A stretch of 64,000 bases of DNA from Candidatus Latescibacterota bacterium. Lineage in GTDB: Bacteria > Latescibacterota > UBA2968 > UBA8231. Within the stretch, counting starts at the first letter, position 1, and each line of letters starts with the position of its first letter. Under the pieces are notes generated by a model that saw only the letters and a list, made by a program, of their open reading frames with translations, did no database searches and was not told the DNA's origin. The stretch spans positions 832,001 to 896,000 of the forward strand of contig CBDCSU010000006.1 in the NCBI GenBank assembly GCA_965221775.1, in the 5' to 3' direction. Below, in pieces: positions 9,790-19,438 of this stretch. The translations under genes were made by a program, and so were the position numbers.

Positions 9790-10167
9790 TCAGGTACGCG
9801 TGGTGGGGAGCCGGAGGGGCTTGTCGCTGAGGCGCTGGTTCCGCGGCGGCTCGGCGGCGGCCTCGTCTCCGGCGATCTCGCTCCGGTTCTCCACCAGGTT
9901 GATCAGGCGCTCGACGCTGTCGCGGGCCCGGTCGGTGAAGGCCTTGCGGTCGGCTACCAGCTTGGAGAGCTCGGCGGCGATCTGCATGGCCGCCAGGATC
10001 GCCACCTGACGATGCCCGATGCCGCTTTGCTTGCCGGCGATCTCCTTCATCCGGGCGTCGACGTACCGCGCCACCGACTGCACCTCATCGGGATCGCCCG
10101 CGATGCGGTACTCCTCGCCGAAGATCTCGACGAGGACTCCCTGGACCTGAGCACTGCGTTGCGCCAA
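9790..10167 (-). CDS. zapA: Cell division protein ZapA
   Basis: VEIFGEEYRI...VARYVDARMKEI...AILAAMQIAAEL pattern. Confidence 0.85.
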   Translation of the reverse strand: MAQRSAQVQGVLVEIFGEEYRIAGDPDEVQSVARYVDARMKEIAGKQSGIGHRQVAILAAMQIAAELSKLVADRKAFTDRARDSVERLINLVENRSEIAGDEAAAEPPRNQRLSDKPLRLPTTRT

Positions 10168-10240
10168 GCCTGACCGCCGCGAAGGGGGACCGAAGCAACA
10201 TCTTGATATATACCCCCTGCGGCGGGGCCCGGCAAGGAGT

Positions 10241-11296
10241 TCAGCCGCGCGGAACCTCCGGCACGGGATCGACGCCGCTGGCCCGCAGGCGCCGGGTCAA
10301 CGCCTGCCAGCGCCCGGCGCCGATGGGAATGCCTCCGGCCAGCCGCTGCGCGCGCACCTGGCGGGACCGGTCGCCGGGCACCCGGACCCGGTCCGCGGCC
10401 TCCGCCGGAGCCGTGGCGCGGGCGTCGGCGGCCAGTCCCCGCGCCGCCTCGGCGAGTCCCCCGCCGAAAGCCGCCGGATCGACGCCGAGGACGAAGAAGC
10501 TGCAGCCGTACGGCCCGCCCAGCTCCGTCACCGGGGGCACCTGGCGTCCGCAGGGGCCGCCCGCCAGACCTCCCGTCAGCAGGTCCACCAACAGCCCGAA
10601 GCCGTAGCCGAGGACCCCGCCCACCGGCAGCAGGGTGCCGGCCTTGGCCGCCGCCGGGTCCGTCGTCGGCCGGCCGTCGGCGTCCAGGCCGATGCCGGGG
10701 GCCAGCGGCCTCCCCTCCTCGGCGGCCTGGGTCACCTTGGCCGCCGAATGGCCGGTGGCGGCGTCGAAGACCAGCGGCTCCCCGCCGGCGGCGGGAGCAG
10801 CCCAGGCGATGGGGTTGGTGCCGTGCAGCCCCTCACGGCCGCCGTGTGGAGCCACCCTCGGCGTCGAGTTGGCCGCCGCGAGCGCCAGCTGGCCGCCCCG
10901 AGCCGGGGCCTCCACGTAGGTGGCGAGGGCGCCCACGTAGTTGGCGTCGCGCAGGGCCACCGCCCCGAGGCCGGTCTCCCCGGCTTTCTCCCGGGCCCTG
11001 GCCACGGCCCACCGCGCCAGGGGCGGGCCGAGGCCGTGCTGGCCGTCCACCAGCATCGTGGCCGCCGTCTCGCGGCGCACCAGCGGCCGGCGGCCGGGGC
11101 GCATCTGCCCCGAGTGGATGCGCTCGGCGAAGGTGCCCAGGAGGGTGATCCCGTGGCTGTCGACGCCGCGCAGGCTCGCCTCCACCAGGGTCTCGGCACA
11201 GACCCGTGCCTCCTCGGCCGAGACGCCGAGACGGCCGAGGACGTCGACGCAGAAGGCGTGGGCGGACTCGGGGGGGATGTGGTGGATGGCGGTCAT
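10241..11296 (-). CDS. Ldh_2 (malate/L-lactate dehydrogenase-like) oxidoreductase
   Basis: LRGVDSHG, GTNPIAWAAP, PTTDP, VRVPG motifs. Confidence 0.85.
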   Translation of the reverse strand: MTAIHHIPPESAHAFCVDVLGRLGVSAEEARVCAETLVEASLRGVDSHGITLLGTFAERIHSGQMRPGRRPLVRRETAATMLVDGQHGLGPPLARWAVARAREKAGETGLGAVALRDANYVGALATYVEAPARGGQLALAAANSTPRVAPHGGREGLHGTNPIAWAAPAAGGEPLVFDAATGHSAAKVTQAAEEGRPLAPGIGLDADGRPTTDPAAAKAGTLLPVGGVLGYGFGLLVDLLTGGLAGGPCGRQVPPVTELGGPYGCSFFVLGVDPAAFGGGLAEAARGLAADARATAPAEAADRVRVPGDRSRQVRAQRLAGGIPIGAGRWQALTRRLRASGVDPVPEVPRG

Positions 11297-11322
11297 TGCC
11301 CGGAAGGTCGACCTTTGGCCCA

Positions 11323-12315
11323 ATGAAGGCGATCGTCGTCGATGCGGAAACCCCGGGCCGACCCTTGCGCTGGACGGAGGTCCCCGACCTGGACAGGGGG
11401 CCGCGGGAGGTCCTCGTGGAGGTCCACGCCACGGCCGTCAACCGCGCCGACCTGCTGCAGCGGGGCGGCGGCTACCCGCCGCCGCCGGGGGCGCCCGAGA
11501 CCCTCGGCCTGGAGCTGGCCGGCGTCGTCACCGAGGCCGGCGACCAGGTCTCCCGGGCCCGCCCGGGGGACCGCGTCTGCGCCCTGCTGGCCGGCGGCGG
11601 CTACGCCGAGCGGGCGGCGGTCGACGAGCGGCTGCTGATCCCCCTGCCCGGGGATTGGGACTTCCCCCGGGCCGCGGCCGTGCCCGAGGTCTTCCTCACG
11701 GCGTACCTGAACCTCTTCGAGGAGGCGGGTCTGCAGTCCGGGGAGACGGTCCTCGTCCACGGCGGCGCCAGCGGCGTCGGCACCGCCGCCATCCAGCTCG
11801 CCCGCCACCAGGGCTGCCGGGTGCTGGCCACCGCCGGCACCGGGGCCAAGCGGGACCTCTGCCGCCGCCTCGGCGCCGAGCTGGCCGTCGACTACCGGAA
11901 CGGGTTCCGCGACGCCGTCGCCGATCACCTGGGCGCCCCGGAGGGCGGCGTCGACGTGGTCCTCGACGTGGCCGGCGCCAGCCATCTAAGGGACAACTTG
12001 GAGTGCCTGGGCCTCAAGGGGCGCCTGGTGCTGCTCTCCCTCCTCGGCGGCACCCGCGCCGAGATCGACCTGTCGCTTGTCCTGCGCAAGCGGCTGCGCA
12101 TCGTCGGCTCCCTGCTGCGGGCCCGGCCGGTGGAGGAGAAGGACCACATCATCAGCCGCTTCCGGACCCGCTTCCTCGGCGCCCTGGTCAGCGGCGACAT
12201 CGAGCCCGTCATCGACCGGGTGCTGCCCGTCGAGGAGGCCGGGGCGGCCCACGCCGTGCTGGAGCGCAACGAGAACCTGGGCAAGGTGATCCTGCAAGTG
12301 AGGGAGGACTCATGA
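11323..12315 (+). CDS. NAD(P)H-quinone oxidoreductase (PIG3/zeta-crystallin family)
   Basis: VNRADLLQRGGGYPPPPG, VHGGASGVGTAAIQLA, NLGKVIL. Confidence 0.92.
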   Translation: MKAIVVDAETPGRPLRWTEVPDLDRGPREVLVEVHATAVNRADLLQRGGGYPPPPGAPETLGLELAGVVTEAGDQVSRARPGDRVCALLAGGGYAERAAVDERLLIPLPGDWDFPRAAAVPEVFLTAYLNLFEEAGLQSGETVLVHGGASGVGTAAIQLARHQGCRVLATAGTGAKRDLCRRLGAELAVDYRNGFRDAVADHLGAPEGGVDVVLDVAGASHLRDNLECLGLKGRLVLLSLLGGTRAEIDLSLVLRKRLRIVGSLLRARPVEEKDHIISRFRTRFLGALVSGDIEPVIDRVLPVEEAGAAHAVLERNENLGKVILQVREDS

Positions 12316-13424
12316 CTGCCACCGCACCGGCGGCCGCGGCCGCCACCCGTTACCCCGAGCTCACGGTCTCCGGCCCGCCGTCGGCCATGGGCGAGCAGAT
12401 CGGCGAGGCCCTGGGCGAGCAGATCCGCGGCTTCGACGCCATCGCCCTGGAGCGGGTGCGCCTGAGCGTCGACGTCTCCCGGGAGCGGGCCTTCGAGGTG
12501 GCGAGGCGCTGCATCGAGGACGTGCGCGGGTACGCGCCGCACATGCTGGCCGAGCTGGAGGGCATGAGCCGGGCCTGCGGCGTGGCCCCGGAGGCGCTGA
12601 TGCTGCTGCAGATCCGCAACCAGCTGCAGCCGGACTCGGGCCGGGGCCGCGGCATGGCGCCCGCCGACTCCGGGTGCACCGCCTTCGCCCTCAGCGGCGG
12701 CATCACCGGCGCCGGCGGCGTGGCCGGTCAGAACTGGGACAACGACCCGGCCCTCGATCCCTTCACCGTGGTCCTGACCCGGCGGCCGGACGACGCCCCG
12801 GCCTTCATGAGCGTCACCCAGGCGGGGCTGATCGCCTACCTCGGCGTCAGCGAGGCCGGCATCGGCGTCTGCATGAACACCCTGCCGGCCCCGGCCCGCC
12901 GCTACGGCGTGCCCCACTACTTCACCGTGCGCGGCATCTACGAGGCGCGCTCCCTGGACGAGGCGGTTGAAGCCGTCGACCGGGCGCGCCGCGCCATCCC
13001 CGCCAACATCCTGCTGTCGACCCCCGAGGGTCCCGCTGACCTGGAGGTCACGGTCGACGCCGTGCACGTCCTGCGCGACGACGACGGCGACGGCGTCGTG
13101 ACCCACACCAACCACTGCGTGCACCCCGACCTGGCGCCGATCAACCGCGACTTCCCCGAGCTCATCGAGTCCGGCCCCCGCCTGTGCCGCGTCGACGAGT
13201 TGCTGGCCGCCTGCCCCCGGCCGCTGACCCGGCCGCGGCTGCAGGAGATCCTCAGCGACCACCAGGACCACCCGCGGTCGATCTGCCGCCACCCCAACGA
13301 GGATCCGGTCACCGGCTACTGGAGCAGCGTCTGGTCGCTCATCGTCGAGGCCGGCGCCGGGCGCCTGCACCTGAGCCGGGGCAACCCCTGCGAACGCCCT
13401 TACGAGACCTACGAGCTGAACTGA
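12312..13424 (+). CDS. Peptidase C45 family autoproteolytic acyltransferase/hydrolase (Ntn)
   Basis: GC autocleavage site (SGCTAF), GQNWD, THTNH, SICRH, GNPC. Confidence 0.85.
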   Translation: MTATAPAAAAATRYPELTVSGPPSAMGEQIGEALGEQIRGFDAIALERVRLSVDVSRERAFEVARRCIEDVRGYAPHMLAELEGMSRACGVAPEALMLLQIRNQLQPDSGRGRGMAPADSGCTAFALSGGITGAGGVAGQNWDNDPALDPFTVVLTRRPDDAPAFMSVTQAGLIAYLGVSEAGIGVCMNTLPAPARRYGVPHYFTVRGIYEARSLDEAVEAVDRARRAIPANILLSTPEGPADLEVTVDAVHVLRDDDGDGVVTHTNHCVHPDLAPINRDFPELIESGPRLCRVDELLAACPRPLTRPRLQEILSDHQDHPRSICRHPNEDPVTGYWSSVWSLIVEAGAGRLHLSRGNPCERPYETYELN

Positions 13425-14863
13425 TGGCCACACTCCACGGCACCATCGTCGACTCCCAGACCAACGAGCCCATCGACGCCAAGGTCCACGTCCTCGGACC
13501 GACGGGCGGCTTCCACCACCCCGCCGGCGCCCTGCTCAAGCGCGGTCCCGGCACTCCCTTCTTCTTCGCCGACGGGCAGTTCGAGGTCGACGTCGGCCGC
13601 GGCCGCACCGATGTGCTCGTCGAGCGCGGCACCGAGTACCGCCCCCGCCGCGTCACCGTGGAGACGCCCGAGGCCGGCGTCGCCGAGGTGGAGATCGCCA
13701 TCGACCGCTGGCACCACCCGCAGGACTCCAACTGGTACCCCGGCAACACCCACATCCACTACGACGAGAAGGAGACGCGCCCCGACGAGCGCCTCGGCGT
13801 CGACTGCTCGGTGGAGGGCTACAACGTCACCTGCGTCTCCGTCCTCGACCGGCGGCAGCTGCCGTACGCGAGCAACAAGTACCCCATCGGCGTGATGAAC
13901 GAGTTCACCACCGCCCATCACGTCCTCGACATCGGCGAGGAGAACCGCCACTACGGGGAGAAGTCACCCTGGGGCTTCGGCTACGGCCACGTCATGTTCC
14001 TCAACATCCGCAACCTCGTGCAGCCGGTGAGCCGCGGCCACATCCTCACCGCCCAGTTCGACCCCGACTACCCGCCCCTGTGCTTCTGCTGCGACGACGC
14101 CCGCGACCAGGGCGGCCTCGTCATCTGGTGCCACAACGGCCGCGGCATGGAGGCCCCCGTGGCCGCCGCCCTGGGCAAGCTCGACGCCTTCAACCTCTTC
14201 GACCCCTTCTGGATGGACCCGGAGTACGACCTCTGGTACAAGCTCCTCAACTGCGGGATGCGGCTGCCGGCGTCGACGGGGACGGACTGGTTCGTCTGCT
14301 CCAACAACCGCGTCTACGTGCAGGTGGAGGAGGAGTTCAGCTACGCCGCGTGGATCGACGGCATGAAAAAGGGGCGCACCTACGTCACCAACGGGCCGGC
14401 CGTCGACATGGCCGTCAACGGCGCCGGCCTCGGCTCCACCCTGTTGCTCGACGGCGGCGGCCGCCTGGAGGTGGAGGTCACCTTCGACTCCCACTACCCG
14501 GTGGTGGCCGCCGAGGTGGTGGCCGACGGGGAGGTCGTCCACCGGCAGGGGTTCCCCTCGGGCGAGAGGACGGGATCGGTGCGCTGCGAACTGGCCGCCG
14601 AGCGCGACGGCTGGGTGGCGGCGAGGCTGTGGGGCGACGCCCGCGACAGCTTCGACCAGGCCGTGTACGCCCACACCAGCCCCACCTACTTCACCTGCGC
14701 ACGGCCGCCCGAGGCGCGCCCCGGCGACGCCCGCTTCTTCCTCAACTCGATCGACGAGTCCCTGAGTTGGATCGATTCGGTGGGCCGCTACGACAACGAC
14801 CGCCAGCGCGAGGAGGTGCGCGAGCTCTTCCGGCGCGGGCGGGAGGTGTTCGCGGGACTGTAG
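13424..14863 (+). CDS. CehA/McbA family PHP-like metallohydrolase
   Basis: WYPGNTHIHY, WYKLLNCG, ASTGTD, YVTNGP, AHTSP motifs. Confidence 0.8.
   Translation: MATLHGTIVDSQTNEPIDAKVHVLGPTGGFHHPAGALLKRGPGTPFFFADGQFEVDVGRGRTDVLVERGTEYRPRRVTVETPEAGVAEVEIAIDRWHHPQDSNWYPGNTHIHYDEKETRPDERLGVDCSVEGYNVTCVSVLDRRQLPYASNKYPIGVMNEFTTAHHVLDIGEENRHYGEKSPWGFGYGHVMFLNIRNLVQPVSRGHILTAQFDPDYPPLCFCCDDARDQGGLVIWCHNGRGMEAPVAAALGKLDAFNLFDPFWMDPEYDLWYKLLNCGMRLPASTGTDWFVCSNNRVYVQVEEEFSYAAWIDGMKKGRTYVTNGPAVDMAVNGAGLGSTLLLDGGGRLEVEVTFDSHYPVVAAEVVADGEVVHRQGFPSGERTGSVRCELAAERDGWVAARLWGDARDSFDQAVYAHTSPTYFTCARPPEARPGDARFFLNSIDESLSWIDSVGRYDNDRQREEVRELFRRGREVFAGL
14768..14863 (+). repeat. Direct repeat copy 1 (3' end of CehA-like gene)
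   Basis: TGGATCGATTCGGT...GGTGCGCGAGCTCTTCCGGCGCGGGCGGGAGGTGTTCGCGGG..TGTAG recurs at 15339..15431. Confidence 0.9.
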
Positions 14864-14882
14864 GGGCCGTGATCAGGTAGCT

Positions 14883-14911
14883 TTGACGGGCCCCAAATGG
14901 ATGTCTACGCT
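14883..14911 (+). promoter_or_regulatory. sigma70-type promoter inside small insert
   Basis: TTGACG-17 nt-TACGCT. Confidence 0.5.
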
Positions 14912-15058
14912 ACCGGAGTCACCCCTCGGGAGGAAGCACAAGATGAGGCAGTATCAGAGAGAGAAGCGCTGTCTGGTGACGGTGTGTCCGTCGTCGACCG
15001 GGGCGCACCGGGCGCTCCCGGGGCGGTCGCCGGCAAAGGGACCGGACGAGGTGGCCCC

Positions 15059-15331
15059 ATGAGCGCGGAAGCGATTGCGATCGTGGCGGCGGCCGTCGGC
15101 CTGCTGGCGGTGCTGGTTCCCCTGCAACTGGCCATCCGGGCCGACGTGGCAGACCTGCGGCGGGACATGCGGGCCGACTTGGGCGACCTGCGTCGCGAGG
15201 TCGCCGACGTGCGGCGGGAGCTGGCGGCACTGGCCGAACGCCTCGCCCGGGTTGAGGGCGCCCTGGGCTGGAGGGCGCCGGCCGCAGGTGGCGAGCCTGG
15301 CGACGGCGACCCGGAAGGGCGGCCTGCATGA
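15059..15331 (+). CDS. Small membrane-anchored coiled-coil protein
   Basis: N-terminal TM helix (AIAIVAAAVGLLAVLVPLQL), then heptad repeats ending LAERLARVEG. Confidence 0.65.
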   Translation: MSAEAIAIVAAAVGLLAVLVPLQLAIRADVADLRRDMRADLGDLRREVADVRRELAALAERLARVEGALGWRAPAAGGEPGDGDPEGRPA

Positions 15332-15338
15332 GTTGGGC

Positions 15339-15431
15339 TGGATCGATTCGGTAGGCCGCGTCGACACGGACCGCCGCGAGGCGGTGCGCGAGCTCTTCCG
15401 GCGCGGGCGGGAGGTGTTCGCGGGGTTGTAG
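15339..15431 (+). repeat. Direct repeat copy 2 (duplicated CehA-like gene 3' end)
   Basis: Encodes WIDSVGR...VRELFRRGREVFAGL*, the same C-terminus as 13424..14863. Confidence 0.9.
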
Positions 15432-15455
15432 GAGCTGCGGCCCGTTCTCAGGCGT

Positions 15456-16397
15456 TCAGTCCCGCTCCCCTAACCAGCGCTCGGCCTCGATGGCGGCCAT
15501 GCATCCCGTGCCGGCGGCAGTCACGGCCTGCCGGTAGACGTGGTCCTGGGCGTCGCCGCATGCGAAGACGCCTTCGACGTTGGTCCTCGTCGAGTCCGGG
15601 GCCGTGATCAGGTAGCCGTTGTCGTCCATTTCGAGGACCCCCTCGAAGAGTTGGGTATTCGGTATGTGGCCGATGGCCATGAACACCCCCTGGCAGGGGT
15701 GCTCCCAGGTCTCGCCCGTCTCCGGGTTGCTCAGCCTCACCCCCCGCACCTCCAGCTCGCCGTCCGGCGACAGGATCTCCTCCACCACCGCCGGCGTGAC
15801 GAAGTCGATCTTCTCGTTCTCCTCGGCCCGGTGGAGCATGATCCGCGAGGCCCGGAACTCGGGGCGCCGGTGCACGATGCTCACCCGCGTGGCGAACTTG
15901 GTCAGGAAGGTGGCCTCCTCCATGGCCGAGTCGCCACCGCCGACGACGACCAGCTCCTTGTCACGGAAGAAGAAGCCGTCGCAGGTGGCGCACGCCGACA
16001 CGCCGTGGCCCATGAGCCGGGTCTCCGACTCGATGCCGAGGAGCCGCGCCGAGGCGCCGGTGGCGATGATCACGGCCTCGGCGGTGAAGCTCCGATCCTC
16101 GGCCTTCACCGCGAAGGGGCGCCGCGACAGGTCGACCTCGGTGGCGGTCCGGAACAGGGTGGTGGCGCCGAAGCGCTGCGCCTGCTCGCGGAACTTGTCC
16201 ATCATCTCGGGCCCCATGATCCCCTCGGGGAACCCGGGGTAGTTCTCCACGTCGGTGGTGATCGTCAGCTGGCCGCCGGGCTGCATGCCCTCCAGCACCA
16301 GCGGCGCCAGGTCCGCCCGCGCCGCGTACACGGCGGCGGTGAACCCGGCCGGTCCGGAGCCGATGATCAGGACGTCGTAGTGGCCGTTCTCTGTCAT
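15456..16397 (-). CDS. trxB: Thioredoxin-disulfide reductase
   Basis: [49 protein letters not shown]. Confidence 0.97.
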   Translation of the reverse strand: MTENGHYDVLIIGSGPAGFTAAVYAARADLAPLVLEGMQPGGQLTITTDVENYPGFPEGIMGPEMMDKFREQAQRFGATTLFRTATEVDLSRRPFAVKAEDRSFTAEAVIIATGASARLLGIESETRLMGHGVSACATCDGFFFRDKELVVVGGGDSAMEEATFLTKFATRVSIVHRRPEFRASRIMLHRAEENEKIDFVTPAVVEEILSPDGELEVRGVRLSNPETGETWEHPCQGVFMAIGHIPNTQLFEGVLEMDDNGYLITAPDSTRTNVEGVFACGDAQDHVYRQAVTAAGTGCMAAIEAERWLGERD

Positions 16398-16447
16398 TCT
16401 ATGGGTTACTCACTCGTTTGGGTGGGTTTACTGGAAGTGGTCCAAAC

Positions 16448-17203
16448 TCAGAGGTTGTGAGATTCGTAGAGCTTCTCAATAGCCAGAAGTGTGTCTCCGA
16501 ATGCTCTGCGAGCCTCAACCGGCCCTACCGTTCTCTGCGCGTGCAACACCTTGGAGAGGCGATCGAAGAGTTCTCTTAAGGTCTCCTTAAGGTGTCCAGA
16601 GGAAACCCTGTCGCGCAACACGGACGACTTGATGTAATCGTAGAGTACGGCGCTCTCCTCTCGGTCGGGGAATAGTCCTCGGCGAACGCATATGTCTCGA
16701 ATACTTGCCTCAAGCAACGTCCGGCACAACCCGAATGCTGCGTCATATTGCTGAAAGGCATAGCACCGTTTGATTTGCTCTACCAGTCGGATCACGCTTT
16801 TGGAGGTATCGCATCCCAGGATCAGTGGTCGCAACTCGCGAAGTGCACTCACGTACTCTTCGGCACTGTACCAGGAATGGAATAGATCAGAGCGCAACCG
16901 CTCAAGGTCCACGCCGTCGACTTCCTCAACTGCGAGGTCCCCACCCGTATGGTCCTTGATTCGCTCGACAATCTCGTCCGAGCGAAAAGTACCGTTCCTG
17001 CCAATCTTGCGAAGAATCTCCAGCGCCTCTGGATCTTCGATTGATATCGTCGATTCATCCAGCATCTGCTGCTTCAGGTTCGCCTTCAGCGTCAGGTACT
17101 CCGCCAGTGCATTACCAAAGACCTCCATATGGCCATCGACGGAAATTTGAACCACTTGTAGATCCAGTTCCGCCAATCTCAATGCGTCATCACGTAAGGC
17201 CAT
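16448..17203 (-). CDS. Hypothetical protein with DUF4145-like (HEPN-related) C-terminal domain
   Basis: CYAFQQYDAAFGLCRTLLEA...RLSKVLH pattern. Visibly lower GC than the flanks. Confidence 0.55.
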   Translation of the reverse strand: MALRDDALRLAELDLQVVQISVDGHMEVFGNALAEYLTLKANLKQQMLDESTISIEDPEALEILRKIGRNGTFRSDEIVERIKDHTGGDLAVEEVDGVDLERLRSDLFHSWYSAEEYVSALRELRPLILGCDTSKSVIRLVEQIKRCYAFQQYDAAFGLCRTLLEASIRDICVRRGLFPDREESAVLYDYIKSSVLRDRVSSGHLKETLRELFDRLSKVLHAQRTVGPVEARRAFGDTLLAIEKLYESHNL

Positions 17204-17234
17204 CGTTTCCCCATAGCCCATGCTGCTTCGCCGG

Positions 17235-18242
17235 CTACTTACTCTGTGGGTGCGCCGCACTCCACTCCCGTGCGCGGCGCTGCGCCTCGGCGAGGGCTTC
17301 CTTGGTCAGAGCTTCAGCCACGGCGTCACGAAGCTCCGCAGCAGCTGTGCGTTGCTCTCCGGCCAAACGGGAGGCAGCCAGATTCGCCCACATGTGAGCC
17401 GTGACAAAATCCTGAGTCACACCGCGGCCATCGGCACAGAAGATTCCGAGGGCAAGCATTGCCTTGGTATTGCCCTGCTCGGCGGCCTTGTGGTACCAAG
17501 CAGTCGCCTCGGCATAGTCTTGGGACACTCCACGACCCTCGGCGTACATGCTTCCCAGATTCGCCTGCGCTGTGGCCTCGCCCTGATCGGCGGCAAGGCG
17601 CAGCCATCGAACCGCTTCGGTGTCATCCTGTGGCACACCCCGGCCCTCGGCGTACATGAAGCCCAACCGGGCCTGCGCTGAGGTGTTCCCCTGATCAGCT
17701 GCGAGGCGGTACCAACGAACTGCCTCGACATCACTCTGTGGTACACCCCGGCCCTCGGCGTGCATGAGCCCCAGCAACTTCTGCACGTTGGCCTCGCCTT
17801 GGTCGGCTGCCCTGCGGTACCAACGAACCGCCTCGGCCTCATCCTGTGCTACGCCCAAGCCGAACAGGTACATGGCCCCAAGCGAGATCTGTGCTGGGGC
17901 GTGGCCCCGATCGGCGGCAAGGCGGTACCACCGGACCGCTTCGGTGTCATCTTTTGGCACACCACGCCCCCCGACATACATGCCACCGAGACGAAACTGC
18001 GCTTCGGCATTACCCTGATCGGCTGAGAGGCGGTACCAACGAATTGCTTCGCCGTCGCTCTGTGGCACTCCGCCACCCTCGGCATACATGAGCCCCAGCT
18101 CGCCCTGCGCGGAGGCGTCGCCAGCCTCGGCTCGGGCGCGTATGTCGGCGACTTTCTCGCCCTCTTGCGCGCGCACTGGCGCACCGAGCGTTGTGATACC
18201 AACGACCACCGCAACTGCTGCGCATACCATGAGGTGAACCAT
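17235..18242 (-). CDS. Secreted Sel1-like repeat protein (7 repeats)
   Basis: Signal peptide, then repeats of AQxxLGxMYxxGRGVPQDxxEAVRWYRLAADQG. Confidence 0.92.
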   Translation of the reverse strand: MVHLMVCAAVAVVVGITTLGAPVRAQEGEKVADIRARAEAGDASAQGELGLMYAEGGGVPQSDGEAIRWYRLSADQGNAEAQFRLGGMYVGGRGVPKDDTEAVRWYRLAADRGHAPAQISLGAMYLFGLGVAQDEAEAVRWYRRAADQGEANVQKLLGLMHAEGRGVPQSDVEAVRWYRLAADQGNTSAQARLGFMYAEGRGVPQDDTEAVRWLRLAADQGEATAQANLGSMYAEGRGVSQDYAEATAWYHKAAEQGNTKAMLALGIFCADGRGVTQDFVTAHMWANLAASRLAGEQRTAAAELRDAVAEALTKEALAEAQRRAREWSAAHPQSK

Positions 18243-18355
18243 TTCAGACTGTCCTCCATACGCGATCTGAACAGTATCGGCCTGAGTCGCAGACGCCCTG
18301 AGCGACACGTCCAGATCGTGGGGGCCCCCGCGCCAGCTCGACTCCTGGGCTGGAG

Positions 18356-19312
18356 CTACGCGATCCGGTACGGCACCTCCCGCCCTTCCAGCCCCGCCAC
18401 CAGGTTGTCCACGGACATGCTCGACATGGCGTCCCGGGTCTGGCGGGTGGCCGAGCCCAGGTGCGGGAAGATCACCAGGTTCTCCTGCGAGAGCAGGGGG
18501 TGGTCGCGCGGCAGCGGCTCCGGGTCGGTGACGTCGGTGGCCGCGGCGTGCAGGTGCCCGGCGCGCAGCGCCTCGAGGACCGCCTCCTGGTCCCAGACCG
18601 GGCCCCGGGCGGCGTTGACGAGGACCGCCGTCGGCTTCATCCGCGCGATCTCGCGGGAGCCGATGAGGCCGCGCGTCTCCTCGGTGAGGGGGCAGTTGAG
18701 GGTGACGAAGTCGGACTGCTCCAGCAGCTCGTCGAGGGACAGGTAGCGGGCGCCCAGCTCCCGCTCGGCGCGCTCGTTGCGGTTGCGGTTGTGGTAGAGG
18801 ATCTCCATGTCGAAGCCCGCCGCCCGCCGGGCGACCTGGTAGCCGATGCGGCCGAGGCCGACGATGCCGAGGGCGGCCCCCGTCACCTGCTGGCCGAGGA
18901 GGATCGCGGCGTCGTAGTGGGTGAACTCCGGGCCGCGGGCGAAGTGGTCGCCGCGGATGGCGTTGCGCGCCGCCGCCAGCAGCAGGGTCCAGGTCAGGTC
19001 GGCGGTGGCCGCGTCGAGCACGCCCGGGGTGTTGCCCACGGGGATGCCGAGGGAGCGGGCCCCCTCCAGGTCGATGTGGTCGCAGCCGACGCCGAAGTTG
19101 CTGACGATCTTCAGCTTCGGGCAGAGGGTCATCAGCTCGCGGCTCACCCACATGTGGCTGTACACGTAGATGCCGTCGAGGGCGCCGTAGTCGAGGCCGG
19201 GCGGCGGTTCCTCCTCGCGCCACCAGTCCAGCTCGCAGTGGGCCTCCGCCAGCAGGCGCATGACGGTCTCGTAGGGCTCCACGTCCGACTGCATCAGGAT
19301 CCGCCAGGGCAT
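18356..19312 (-). CDS. D-glycerate dehydrogenase / glyoxylate reductase (D-2-hydroxyacid dehydrogenase)
   Basis: GNTPGVL, GLGRIG, VNAARG, DVTDPEP, PHLGSAT. Confidence 0.92.
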   Translation of the reverse strand: MPWRILMQSDVEPYETVMRLLAEAHCELDWWREEEPPPGLDYGALDGIYVYSHMWVSRELMTLCPKLKIVSNFGVGCDHIDLEGARSLGIPVGNTPGVLDAATADLTWTLLLAAARNAIRGDHFARGPEFTHYDAAILLGQQVTGAALGIVGLGRIGYQVARRAAGFDMEILYHNRNRNERAERELGARYLSLDELLEQSDFVTLNCPLTEETRGLIGSREIARMKPTAVLVNAARGPVWDQEAVLEALRAGHLHAAATDVTDPEPLPRDHPLLSQENLVIFPHLGSATRQTRDAMSSMSVDNLVAGLEGREVPYRIA

Positions 19313-19438
19313 AGGTCTTCTACCTCCTCACGTCACGGTCGTCGAAGCAGGCGAATATAGGGGCAGCGCCGACCTTGAGCCGCCGCCGCGGCCTCCCATA
19401 GACTTGAGACAGTCACCCCGAACCGGAGTCATCCGACC

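Noticed and set aside
9700-9800. 6S RNA expected downstream of zapA
   Set aside because: zapA abuts the convergent phosphohexomutase stop codon, leaving no room or recognisable structure.
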